From assembly GCA_964527185.1 (NCBI GenBank), contig CAZGOI010000002.1, positions 31,513 to 95,512 of the forward strand: a stretch of DNA of 64,000 nucleotides, read 5' to 3'. The notes beneath the pieces were generated by a model. It was not told the DNA's origin. It searched no databases and saw only the letters and a program-made list of their open reading frames with translations. Made by a program: the position numbers and the translations under genes. The DNA is from an uncultured Candidatus Saccharibacteria bacterium. GTDB lineage: Bacteria; Patescibacteriota; Minisyncoccia; Phycocordibacterales; UBA9973. Positions within the stretch are counted from its first letter, which is position 1. Every line of letters starts with the position of its first letter. Shown here piece by piece: positions 22,265 to 30,708 of the stretch.

Positions 22265-23020
22265 TCAGAGTTTTCCTGAAACTGTATCTTGTTGGTCTTG
22301 GAGGCCAAAGAGCAAGTCGCCATATTTAAAGAATGCATCGTCGCCTTTTAATTTACCGACGCAATTAGCGGCAACCAGTTCTTCAAACGAATGCTGGTGA
22401 AGAGGGTAGTGGCGGTAAACCCAGCGAACATTTGGGGTCTCTGCTTTCATAAGTTTTTCGAGTTCTGGGTTAAACATCTTACAGTACGGGCATTCAAAAT
22501 CAGAATATTCGATGATCGTAATCTTGGCATCGGCGCTACCTTGCACGTGGTCTGTCGGTTCAGACAGCGCGACGTTGCCAGTATACGGTTCGGTTAAGTT
22601 CGCGCTTCCAGATTTTGCAAATTTGCCTTGCATTGCCGCCTCGACGATGAGCTTGGTATTGTCATATGTCTCAGCACCGTGAATTGCAGTTTTAAAACCG
22701 TTTGGCCCTATGACTATAGAGTATGGCGTGCCACGGTCAGCTTCTGGAATAGCATCTGAAACACTTTTTTGAATGCTTGTATTTAAGGCGTCTAGATCGG
22801 TAGCTTTGATGCACTGGTTGAGCTCTGCACTAGACACGCCGACTTCTTCAGACAAGGTCTTTGGCGCGTTGTTCGAGCTGAAACTGCCTTTGCTAAATAA
22901 AATGCCGAGCATGATAAGAAATCCAGCTACTATTATGGCCGAAGGCGTAGACATCTGGCTTTTAAAAGGAGTTTTTGGTTCTGGGTTTTCAGCTGGTTTG
23001 TTTTCGATATTATTTTCCAT
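22265..23020 (-). CDS. Membrane-anchored DsbA-like thiol-disulfide oxidoreductase (thioredoxin fold)
   Basis: N-terminal TM helix and a CPYC active site in EYSDFECPYCKMFNPELEKL, as found in DsbA/BdbD-type proteins. Confidence 0.7.
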   Translation of the reverse strand: MENNIENKPAENPEPKTPFKSQMSTPSAIIVAGFLIMLGILFSKGSFSSNNAPKTLSEEVGVSSAELNQCIKATDLDALNTSIQKSVSDAIPEADRGTPYSIVIGPNGFKTAIHGAETYDNTKLIVEAAMQGKFAKSGSANLTEPYTGNVALSEPTDHVQGSADAKITIIEYSDFECPYCKMFNPELEKLMKAETPNVRWVYRHYPLHQHSFEELVAANCVGKLKGDDAFFKYGDLLFGLQDQQDTVSGKL

Positions 23021-23117
23021 CGGTACATTATATCACAAGTTGCAAAATTGGCCTATTTCAATGTATAATCAATACTGTAAAAGGTCTATTATTAAATAAT
23101 TTTTTTAAAAACAATCT

Positions 23118-23414
23118 ATGTGTAAGTGTCATAAGAGGTGTATCTACTCGAGAATCGCATGGTGGCTTGTGGTCATCGGTGGTCTCAATTGGGGTTTGGT
23201 TGGCATCGGTATGCTCGTCCATTCAAATTGGAACGTTGTCAATATGATCTTTGGCTCGTGGCCAGCAGTCGAGGCAATCGTCTATGTGCTTGTCGGTGTT
23301 GCAACCGCTATGAAAGTTTTCAATTGCAGGTGCAAGGTTTGCAAATCTGCAGAAGCAAACTGTCCTGGTTGCAGTGTCAAGAATCCAAGTATGCCATCTG
23401 GTAACCCAATGTAA
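23118..23414 (+). CDS. DUF378-type small membrane protein with Cys-rich N-terminal and C-terminal extensions
   Basis: The core WWLVVIGGLNWGLVGIGML resembles the DUF378 consensus. Flanking it are MCKCHKRC and CRCKVCKSAEANCPGCS. Confidence 0.55.
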   Translation: MCKCHKRCIYSRIAWWLVVIGGLNWGLVGIGMLVHSNWNVVNMIFGSWPAVEAIVYVLVGVATAMKVFNCRCKVCKSAEANCPGCSVKNPSMPSGNPM

Positions 23415-23427
23415 ATGTTTTTTAACA

Positions 23428-23459
23428 AAACTCCCCCGATCAAATCTGGGGAGTTTTGT
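23428..23459 (+). terminator. Rho-independent terminator ACTCCCC-N11-GGGGAGT plus T4
   Basis: Seen directly in the sequence. Confidence 0.55.
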
Positions 23460-23479
23460 GTTGAAAAATAGAGTTTTTC

Positions 23480-24754
23480 GTGATACCATTATCCTCACGA
23501 ATGAGTTTATATACCATAGCCTTTTATACACTAGCTTTCTGCTCGGTCTACGTGCAAGTGTATTTTCTGGTTACCTTTTTTGAAAAGAGGCGCTCGATCG
23601 TCAAACACCCAGCCATACTTGATTTAAAAAACTATCCAACGGTCACGATAACCGTGCCCTGCTACAACGAAGAGCATACCGTTAGAAAAACTATCGAGTC
23701 GCTCCAAAAACTCGATTATCCGAAAGATAAGCTCTCGATATTTTTAATAGACGATGGTAGTAAAGACAAAACGTGGGAAATTATAAAAACTTTCAAAGAA
23801 ACACCCGGTATTTCAATTTTTAAAAAAGAAAATGGCGGCAAGCATACGGCGCTCAACTTGGCGCTCGATCATTCGACCTCAGAATTTTTTGGTTGCCTCG
23901 ATTCAGATTCTATAGCCCACGACCAGTCTCTCAAACGCATAATGAAAATGTTTGAAAACGATAAAGAGGCCATGGCTATAGTGCCTTCTATAATCGTCCT
24001 CAACCCGAAAAATATTCTTCAAGGTGCTCAAAAAGTAGAATACGAGATGGCCATCTATATCAAAAAAATGCTTGGTTTTATGGGTGGAATTCATGTTACC
24101 CCTGGGCCGCTTTCAATATTTAAAAGAAAAGTTTTTGACGATTTGGGTCACTATCGCAAAGCCCACAATACCGAAGACCAAGAGATCGCCCTGCGCATGC
24201 AAGAACACGGCTACAAGATCGACCACTGCCCAGACGCGTTTGTCTATACTATTACGCCAAATTCTGTTCAACGATTATACAAACAGCGCTTGCGCTGGGT
24301 CTATGGGTTTATCAATAACGTCGTCGACTACAAACGATTAATATTTCGAAGGAAATATGGCACGGTGGCCTTCTTTACAATTCCTTCAGGGCTCGTGTCT
24401 ATAATATCTGTCTTGTTTATTTTCTCGACACTCATTTACAACATTGCCGCATTTATCTATCACAAGATGGTCCAAGCCCAAGTCGTCGGCGTGACAAACT
24501 TGCCGCCGTTTAAATTCGATTGGTTTTTCTTTGATACAAAAACAATTCTCTTTTTCTCGGTCATACTCTACTTGCTGCTTGTCACTGCTATGATCATCGG
24601 GCGAAGAATGGCCAACGAAAAAAATCCCATAACCATCAACATACTCTATTTTATCGTTATCTATTCTGTCGTCGCGCCATTTTGGTTATTCAAAGCCATA
24701 TGGAATTCTATAATATCAAAAGAATCTAGCTGGGCGCTCGAGCGAGCAGGCTAG
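23480..24754 (+). CDS. Family-2 processive beta-glycosyltransferase (IcaA/PgaC/NodC/chitin-synthase-like) with C-terminal TM helices
   Basis: GT2 motifs: DDGSKD (DxD region), GCLDSDS, and the QxxRW motif as QRLRWVYG, followed by several hydrophobic helices. Confidence 0.8.
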   Translation: MIPLSSRMSLYTIAFYTLAFCSVYVQVYFLVTFFEKRRSIVKHPAILDLKNYPTVTITVPCYNEEHTVRKTIESLQKLDYPKDKLSIFLIDDGSKDKTWEIIKTFKETPGISIFKKENGGKHTALNLALDHSTSEFFGCLDSDSIAHDQSLKRIMKMFENDKEAMAIVPSIIVLNPKNILQGAQKVEYEMAIYIKKMLGFMGGIHVTPGPLSIFKRKVFDDLGHYRKAHNTEDQEIALRMQEHGYKIDHCPDAFVYTITPNSVQRLYKQRLRWVYGFINNVVDYKRLIFRRKYGTVAFFTIPSGLVSIISVLFIFSTLIYNIAAFIYHKMVQAQVVGVTNLPPFKFDWFFFDTKTILFFSVILYLLLVTAMIIGRRMANEKNPITINILYFIVIYSVVAPFWLFKAIWNSIISKESSWALERAG

Positions 24755-24760
24755 GGAACT

Positions 24761-25510
24761 ATGCAAGACCAAAAAACTAACTGGCAAAAAATAATATTGG
24801 TTCTCTTCATCACGGTTACGCTCTTTGCCATCGCTTTTGGCACGTCGCACTATTTTGACACAAAACGAATAGATGAACTACGAAGCATCGAAGATAAAAT
24901 TTCTGTTGACCTAATTTCTTCAGAAACGCAATTTTCTCTTTTGCAGGAACTTTCTTGCACCGACGTTTCGACGACGGCGCTCTCTTCTGAATTAAATTCT
25001 TTGGCCGACAAAATTACTTATAGTGAAAACAATATTGGTAACGACAATTCAAATGTCATAAGCTTAAAGCAATCTTACTCGCTGCTTGAGATTAAAGATT
25101 ACCTATTGATGAAGCGCATTACCGAACGCTGTGGGCAGAAATCTATCTTTGTTCTATATTTTTACAGCAATGACAACTGTGCTGATTGTCTGAAGCAGGG
25201 CTATGTTTTAACCAGCCTGCGCGAAAAATATCCAAACCTACGTGTTTATTCATTCGATTACAATCTAGACTTATCGGCCATCCGATCGATGATTTCTATA
25301 TATAAGGTACCCAACAACCTACCAGCGCTTGTTATAAACGGCAAGGTTTATAGCGGTTTTCAGAGCATTGATACCATCGAAAAGACCTTCCCCCAGCTTC
25401 AAACAATAAAGAAAAAAGAAACTACTCCTAAACCAAGTAGCACTGCGCCAACAACCCAGCCTGTCGACACAAGTAACAGCTCGACAAATCAAACCCCAGC
25501 AAATCAATAA
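24761..25510 (+). CDS. Membrane-anchored thioredoxin-like protein (CxxC) with a Thr/Pro/Ser-rich C-terminal tail, apparently co-transcribed with the GT2 gene
   Basis: N-terminal TM helix; FVLYFYSNDNCADCL (CxxC) and a later LPALVINGKVYSG, compatible with a thioredoxin fold. C-terminal low complexity KKETTPKPSSTAPTTQPVDTSNSSTNQTPANQ. Confidence 0.45.
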   Translation: MQDQKTNWQKIILVLFITVTLFAIAFGTSHYFDTKRIDELRSIEDKISVDLISSETQFSLLQELSCTDVSTTALSSELNSLADKITYSENNIGNDNSNVISLKQSYSLLEIKDYLLMKRITERCGQKSIFVLYFYSNDNCADCLKQGYVLTSLREKYPNLRVYSFDYNLDLSAIRSMISIYKVPNNLPALVINGKVYSGFQSIDTIEKTFPQLQTIKKKETTPKPSSTAPTTQPVDTSNSSTNQTPANQ

Positions 25511-25521
25511 TTTTATTTTTC

Positions 25522-25597
25522 TGGAGCCGCTTCTCGGGCTTGAACCGAGGACCTACGGTTTACAAAACCGTTGCTCTACCAACTGAGCTAAAGCGGC
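25522..25597 (-). tRNA. tRNA-Thr (anticodon TGT)
   Basis: The reverse complement is GCCGCTTTAGCTCAGTTGGTAGAGCAACGGTTTTGTAAACCGTAGGTCCTCGGTTCAAGCCCGAGAAGCGGCTCCA. It folds as a cloverleaf with anticodon stem ACGGT/ACCGT, loop TTTGTAA, and an encoded CCA. Confidence 0.85.
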
Positions 25598-25602
25598 GTG
25601 CT

Positions 25603-26028
25603 CTACTTTATACTATCGCTTTCTACTTCGTGTTCTTTTTTTACTTTCTCCTTTATTCTTTTTATTTTGGCCCTCGATTCAAGAAGAGCTTTTTCAAAGA
25701 ATGAAGGTTTTTTGTTTACCTCTGGAACGACCTCACTTTTTTTAGTAAAACGACTATATACCTTTGGCCATTTCTCTGAAACCCATTTCTTTACTTTTGT
25801 ACTTGCTATGAACCAATACTTTGCTATGGAAACGACTAGGCTCTGCACAATATGTTTCAAAATATGCAGAAATTTATTTTCAACATGATTGAAAGACAAA
25901 TCCGGCATACTTTGGGTGCTCGTTTCTGGTATCGAAACTCGAGAAGTGCGTATCTCCCAAGCCCTATACGAGAGCATTCCGAACGCCACAATTATGGCTA
26001 TAAAAAATATTATGACAATGAGTAACAT
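25603..26028 (-). CDS. Hypothetical small membrane protein, probably starting at MLLIVIIFF (26028) directly after the tsf stop
   Basis: ORF with an N-terminal TM helix and a Lys-rich C-terminus. The longer 25603-26097 version would overlap tsf by 68 nt. Confidence 0.3.
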   Translation of the reverse strand: MLLIVIIFFIAIIVAFGMLSYRAWEIRTSRVSIPETSTQSMPDLSFNHVENKFLHILKHIVQSLVVSIAKYWFIASTKVKKWVSEKWPKVYSRFTKKSEVVPEVNKKPSFFEKALLESRAKIKRIKEKVKKEHEVESDSIK

Positions 26029-26029
26029 A

Positions 26030-26674
26030 TTAGCCGATAGAAACACGTATAAAGCGTACCAAATTTGCGCCACTCTGTGCAAGCAGTTGGCCGACATTCA
26101 TATCTGGGTTTTTTATGAAAGGTTGCTCAAGTATTGACCTCTGATCGTCTTTCATAGCCACAAGTTGCATTGCTACATCTCGAGCAAGGTCTTCGTTGCC
26201 TCCTTCAAGCGAGACAACAACGGCACTCTTGCCACCGTGGACATAGCTGCCGAGCGTACTACCGTCGAGCTCTAAAACTTCACCGAGCTTTATCTTCTCG
26301 CCAACTTTTTGAATGACTTGGTTTATGAGATCTATAGATTTATTTTTCATAGCCTCAATGCCTTCATTTAGGGCAATATCGGCAAGGGTATTGGCGAGGT
26401 TTATAAAGTCTTCATTTTTAGCCACAAAGTCTGTCTCACAATGAAGGGTGACGAGGATTGCCCTCCCGTCTGCTTTTCTAGAAACAACCACGCCATCATG
26501 GGCTTCTCGGTCGGCTTTTTTCATGGCGATCGAACTCGATTTGTTTTTAAGAATAATAAGAGCTTTTTCCATATCGCCCTCGGCTTCTTCGAGAGCTTGA
26601 CGACACTGCATAACAGAAACGCCAGTTTTGTCTCGCAATTCTTTAACTTCTTCGGTTGTGATCTTTATCGTCAT
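26030..26674 (-). CDS. tsf: Elongation factor Ts (short form)
   Basis: N-terminal UBA-like ITTEEVKELRDKTGVSVMQCRQALEEAEGDMEKALIILKNK, which is the EF-Ts signature. It lies immediately downstream of rpsB. Confidence 0.85.
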   Translation of the reverse strand: MTIKITTEEVKELRDKTGVSVMQCRQALEEAEGDMEKALIILKNKSSSIAMKKADREAHDGVVVSRKADGRAILVTLHCETDFVAKNEDFINLANTLADIALNEGIEAMKNKSIDLINQVIQKVGEKIKLGEVLELDGSTLGSYVHGGKSAVVVSLEGGNEDLARDVAMQLVAMKDDQRSILEQPFIKNPDMNVGQLLAQSGANLVRFIRVSIG

Positions 26675-26676
26675 AT

Positions 26677-27396
26677 TTATTTAGAACTTTTTGCTTCGGC
26701 TATACCTTTTGCCCCTGACATGAAAGCATTTTTAATCTCATCAACGACAAAACTGATACTTGCTACTGATGCATCATTACCGACGATAGGGAATTCAACT
26801 TTTTTCATATCACAATCGGTGTTGAGCAAGGCCACAATAGGCAAACCCATCTTCTTTGCCTCAGTGCAGGCGATATGCTCTTTCTTTGGGTCAACGACGA
26901 AAAGCGCATCTGGTACTTTTGAAAGTCCGGTTACGCCTTGGAAGTTCTCTGTCATGTCTTTCATCTCGCGATCGATCAAAAGACGCTCTTTCTTTGTATA
27001 TTTTTCGAAACCACCCTTTTCTTTTTGTTCACGAAGTTCTAGGAGTTTAGTAATACGCTTTTTGATTTCAGGGAAATTTGTGATTGTTCCACCAACCCAA
27101 CGAGTAGAAACATATGGCAAACCAAGCGCGAGCGCGGCCTCGGTAATTTGTTGGCGAGCTTCCGCTTTTGTGCCGACAAAAAGTATAGTCTTACCACTCG
27201 CTGCCAATTTTTTAACTTCTTCTAGAGCTTTCTCTAGAGTGTCATAAGATTTTTCAATATTTATAATATCGACACCAGCCTTGGTCGCAAATACATAAGC
27301 GCTGGTCGATGGGTGTCTACGACTTTTTGAATATCCGTAATGCAGACCCGAACGAAACATTTTCTCTATAACCGTATTTTGTGTAGTCATTTTCAT
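26677..27396 (-). CDS. rpsB: 30S ribosomal protein S2
   Basis: GLHYGYSKSRRHPSTSAYVF and ILFVGTKAEA...PYVSTRWVGGTITNF are canonical S2 blocks. Confidence 0.9.
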   Translation of the reverse strand: MKMTTQNTVIEKMFRSGLHYGYSKSRRHPSTSAYVFATKAGVDIINIEKSYDTLEKALEEVKKLAASGKTILFVGTKAEARQQITEAALALGLPYVSTRWVGGTITNFPEIKKRITKLLELREQKEKGGFEKYTKKERLLIDREMKDMTENFQGVTGLSKVPDALFVVDPKKEHIACTEAKKMGLPIVALLNTDCDMKKVEFPIVGNDASVASISFVVDEIKNAFMSGAKGIAEAKSSK

Positions 27397-27560
27397 GGTT
27401 GATTAATCCGCCTAATGGCGGATGGGTTTATAATTGTTCCGTTTTTAAGCATTCCAGCTTGTTTACAAAGCCCTCTCAATAAAACTCCCCGCCTGCTCCC
27501 GATGAACGGGAGGGCGGGCAGGCCTCACGAAACACGGGTATATGCTAGCAGAAAAATCAT
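27397..27560 (-). promoter_or_regulatory. Structured rpsB 5' leader with a candidate promoter TTGCTA-17nt-TGcTAGCAT on the minus strand. It contains a GC-rich hairpin (27486-27530) and a start-proximal hairpin (27408-27424).
   Basis: The reverse complement of 27540-27580 reads TTGCTAaataatgatttttctgcTAGCAT. The GC-rich inverted repeat CTCCCG-atgaa-CGGGAG has extended GC pairing. TCCGCC-taat-GGCGGA lies 12 nt upstream of the rpsB ATG. Confidence 0.35.
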
Positions 27561-27610
27561 TATTTAGCAACCTTTTGACCGAGAGTCTATTTTAGAGTAG
27601 TATGGTCTGT

Positions 27611-28891
27611 ATGAAGCAATCGCAACTATTTACTAAAACCAAGAAAGAAAGCCCTGCAGATGAAGTGGCCCTGAATGCTGAACTTCTCATAAAGGCCGGG
27701 TTTATAAATAAAGAAATGGCAGGGGTATATGATTTTTTACCGCTTGGTCTTCGTGTTCTAAATAAAATAATTGGCATCATTAGAGAAGAGATGAATGCAA
27801 TCGGCGGGCAAGAAATATTTATGAGTGCCCTACAGAGAAAAGAGTTGTGGGAAATAACAGACAGATGGAACGATGAAAAAATAGATATTTGGTTTAAAAC
27901 AAATTTAAAAATTGATTCAGATTCAGATACTAACCGACCAAAAGAACTAGGCCTTGGTTTTACTCACGAAGAGCCCATAACTAATATGCTAGAGCAATTT
28001 ATTTCTTCATATAGAGACTTGCCGTTTTCGGTATATCAATTTCAGACTAAATTCAGAAATGAAAAACGCCCTAAAAGTGGCATTATGCGCACGCGCGAAT
28101 TTATAATGAAAGATCTATATTCATTTTCAAGAAACGAAGAAGAACACAATCAATTTTATGAACTAACAAAAAAGGCATATAAAAATATTTTTAAACGCGT
28201 AGGCATCGGCCATCTGACATATCTAACCTTTGCTTCCGGTGGGGTTTTTTCAAAATATTCTCATGAATTTCAAACAATCACTTCAACCGGTGAAGACATT
28301 ATTTACGTAGATGAAAATAAGGGTATCGCCATAAATAAAGAAGTATATACTGACGAAGTCATAGAAAATCTTGGTTTGTCAAAAGATGCTCTCGTTGAAA
28401 ACAAGGCTGTGGAAGTGGGGAACATATTTACTCTCGGGCTCCGCTTTTCCGACCCACTAAATCTTAAATATCAAGATGGTAAAGGAGAAAAAAAATCGAT
28501 TTTCATGGGTAGTTACGGTATTGGCCCTGCTCGAATTATGGGTACAGTCGTTGAAGTTCTGTCAGACGACAAGGGTATTATTTGGCCAGAATCGATTGCA
28601 CCATTTAAGGTTCACCTGCTCTCTATTGGCGAAGACAGCGATGTTGCCAAAGAGGCTGAATCTCTATATCAGGATTTTTTGAGTAAAGATATTGAAATTC
28701 TCTATGATGATCGACCTGATATAGGTGCTGGTGAAAAATTTGCAGATGCCGATCTGATAGGTATTCCATATCGCGTGGTCGTTTCAAAAAGAAGCCTTGC
28801 CGATGGCGGATACGAAATAAAAAAGAGAACAGAAGAAAGCGGTAAGATTGTCAGCAGGGAAGATTTACTAATTACACTCAAAAATGTTTAA
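27611..28891 (+). CDS. proS: Prolyl-tRNA synthetase (short form of 427-429 aa, without an INS editing insertion)
   Basis: Class II aaRS motifs MRTREFIMKDLYSF and GSYGIGPARIMG, plus a C-terminal anticodon-binding domain. The ORF opens at 27602 (MVCMKQ). A candidate promoter TTGACC (27575-27580)-17nt-TAGTAT (27598-27603) overlaps that ATG, so 27611 (MKQSQLF) is the more likely start and would be leaderless. Confidence 0.8.
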   Translation: MKQSQLFTKTKKESPADEVALNAELLIKAGFINKEMAGVYDFLPLGLRVLNKIIGIIREEMNAIGGQEIFMSALQRKELWEITDRWNDEKIDIWFKTNLKIDSDSDTNRPKELGLGFTHEEPITNMLEQFISSYRDLPFSVYQFQTKFRNEKRPKSGIMRTREFIMKDLYSFSRNEEEHNQFYELTKKAYKNIFKRVGIGHLTYLTFASGGVFSKYSHEFQTITSTGEDIIYVDENKGIAINKEVYTDEVIENLGLSKDALVENKAVEVGNIFTLGLRFSDPLNLKYQDGKGEKKSIFMGSYGIGPARIMGTVVEVLSDDKGIIWPESIAPFKVHLLSIGEDSDVAKEAESLYQDFLSKDIEILYDDRPDIGAGEKFADADLIGIPYRVVVSKRSLADGGYEIKKRTEESGKIVSREDLLITLKNV

Positions 28892-29930
28892 AAAGATTTA
28901 TGAAATGTTTTCCAATGATATTGGTGTCGACTTGGGTACAGCTAACACGCTGGTGTATTTGAAGGGGCACGGTATCGTCATCAATGAACCTTCGGTCGTG
29001 GTTGTCAATCAAAAGACGGGTCAGATCGTCGCCGTCGGAACCGAAGCCAAACAAATGCTCGGTCGTACCCCAGGCCACGTGCGAGCTGTGCGACCAGTTG
29101 TTGACGGAGTCATATCCGATTTTGAAGTCACCGAAGAGATGCTTGCCTATCTGATCGGTAAAGCTGAAAAAATTTCTAAAAAATTTATCAGACCACGCGT
29201 CCTCGTCGGTGTGCCGACTGGCATAACAAATGTTGAAATTCGGGCTGTAGAAGATGCAGCGCTCTCGGCTGGCGCACGAGAAGTTCATATCATCGAGGAA
29301 CCGATGGCTGCGGCAATTGGCATTCGTCTGCCAGTCAAAGATGCAGTCGGTTCGATCATAGTTGATATCGGCGGCGGGACGACTGATGTTGCAGTCATAT
29401 CGCTCTCGGGCGTTGTTCGATCAAAGAATTTAAAAATTGCTGGTGATGTACTAAACCAAAACATCATGAACTATATGCGCGACGAATTTAAACTTTTAAT
29501 AGGCGAACGAACAGCCGAGAATGTAAAAATCGCTATCGGTTCAGTCATCGAAGGCGAACCTATGGAAGTCGAAGTTCGAGGTCGGGATTTGGTAACCGGT
29601 TTGCCTCGACAAGTTATCATTACCGATTCTGATGTTCGCGAAGCCATTATGCCATCTATACTTAGTCTTGTTGATGGTATTAAAGAAGTCCTCGAAACGA
29701 CTCCACCAGAGCTTCTCTCAGATATTATGCACAGAGGTTTGATACTCTCGGGCGGCGGGGCGCTTCTGCGAGGTTTTGATATTCTCCTTGCCAATGTTTT
29801 AAAAGTTCCAATATATATCGCCGAAGATCCTCTAACGGCTGTCGCTAGGGGAACGGGCGTGATACTCGATAGCTTCGATGAATTTAAAGAAGTCTTAGTC
29901 AATACTGACAATGCAACTAATCCGCGATAA
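28884..29930 (+). CDS. mreB: Rod shape-determining actin homologue MreB
   Basis: IGVDLGTANTLVY...DIGGGTTDVAVISL...LSGGGALLRG are actin-fold phosphate and adenosine motifs typical of MreB. Confidence 0.9.
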   Translation: MFKKIYEMFSNDIGVDLGTANTLVYLKGHGIVINEPSVVVVNQKTGQIVAVGTEAKQMLGRTPGHVRAVRPVVDGVISDFEVTEEMLAYLIGKAEKISKKFIRPRVLVGVPTGITNVEIRAVEDAALSAGAREVHIIEEPMAAAIGIRLPVKDAVGSIIVDIGGGTTDVAVISLSGVVRSKNLKIAGDVLNQNIMNYMRDEFKLLIGERTAENVKIAIGSVIEGEPMEVEVRGRDLVTGLPRQVIITDSDVREAIMPSILSLVDGIKEVLETTPPELLSDIMHRGLILSGGGALLRGFDILLANVLKVPIYIAEDPLTAVARGTGVILDSFDEFKEVLVNTDNATNPR

Positions 29931-30705
29931 AAGAAAAATACTCGGCCGAAGAAATATGATAAGAAATGCAATAATCGTTGCGATTTTTCTACTCATTTCA
30001 ATAACGGGAATACTGACAAATTTCGGTGGACTTTTTAATTTTATCGGTCGCCCAATATGGAGAGCCGAGAATAATATAACAAATACAATCGGGAACGACA
30101 GCTACCTCTTGCGTAGCAAAGCCTCGGTCTTTGCCGAGAATGTAGAATTAAAAAAAGAAAATACCGACCTAAAAGCTTCGATGGATGACTACCAGATTTT
30201 AAAAAAAGAAAATGACGACCTCAAAGATCTTTTGGGTCGTCTGCCACCAAAATACACATTCACATTGGCAAATATTTTATCGCGGCCGAGTACTTCGCCA
30301 TATGACACCATCATCATAGACATCGGCAATGATTTTGGTTTAGTCGGCGGTGAGCAAGTTTTCGGCAACGCCAATGTTCCGATCGGCGAAATTAGCAAAG
30401 TCTATGCCAAAGATTCTTTGGTTACGCTTTATTCAGACGCAAACCAAAGCACTGAAGCAATGATCGAGAATTCAAATGCCACGGTCACGCTCGTCGGCCG
30501 CGGGGGCGGAAATTTCTTGATGACTATTCCAAACGACTTGCCGTCTGACCCAGGTACGATGATCGTTCTACCAAATGCAAAAACTGAAATCATCGCCATT
30601 GTCGACGGGGTCATTTCCGCGCCGACTGAACCACTAAAGAGGGTATTGTTGCATTCTCCGGTAAATATCCAAAGCATAAAGTGGGTTGAAGTCAAACGCG
30701 ATTAG
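29911..30705 (+). CDS. mreC: Rod shape-determining protein MreC
   Basis: N-terminal TM helix, a coiled-coil segment (ENVELKKENTDLKASMDDYQILKKENDDLKDLL), then a beta-rich domain. It follows mreB with a 20-nt overlap. An alternative start lies at 29956. Confidence 0.7.
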   Translation: MQLIRDKRKILGRRNMIRNAIIVAIFLLISITGILTNFGGLFNFIGRPIWRAENNITNTIGNDSYLLRSKASVFAENVELKKENTDLKASMDDYQILKKENDDLKDLLGRLPPKYTFTLANILSRPSTSPYDTIIIDIGNDFGLVGGEQVFGNANVPIGEISKVYAKDSLVTLYSDANQSTEAMIENSNATVTLVGRGGGNFLMTIPNDLPSDPGTMIVLPNAKTEIIAIVDGVISAPTEPLKRVLLHSPVNIQSIKWVEVKRD

Positions 30706-30708
30706 GAT

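Noticed and set aside
22975-23247. Small ORFs 22975-23247(+) and 23138-23404(+) around the DUF378 gene.
   Set aside because: They are alternative frames overlapping the DsbA-like gene on the opposite strand and the DUF378 frame. Only the frame with the conserved GGLNWGLVG core is credible.
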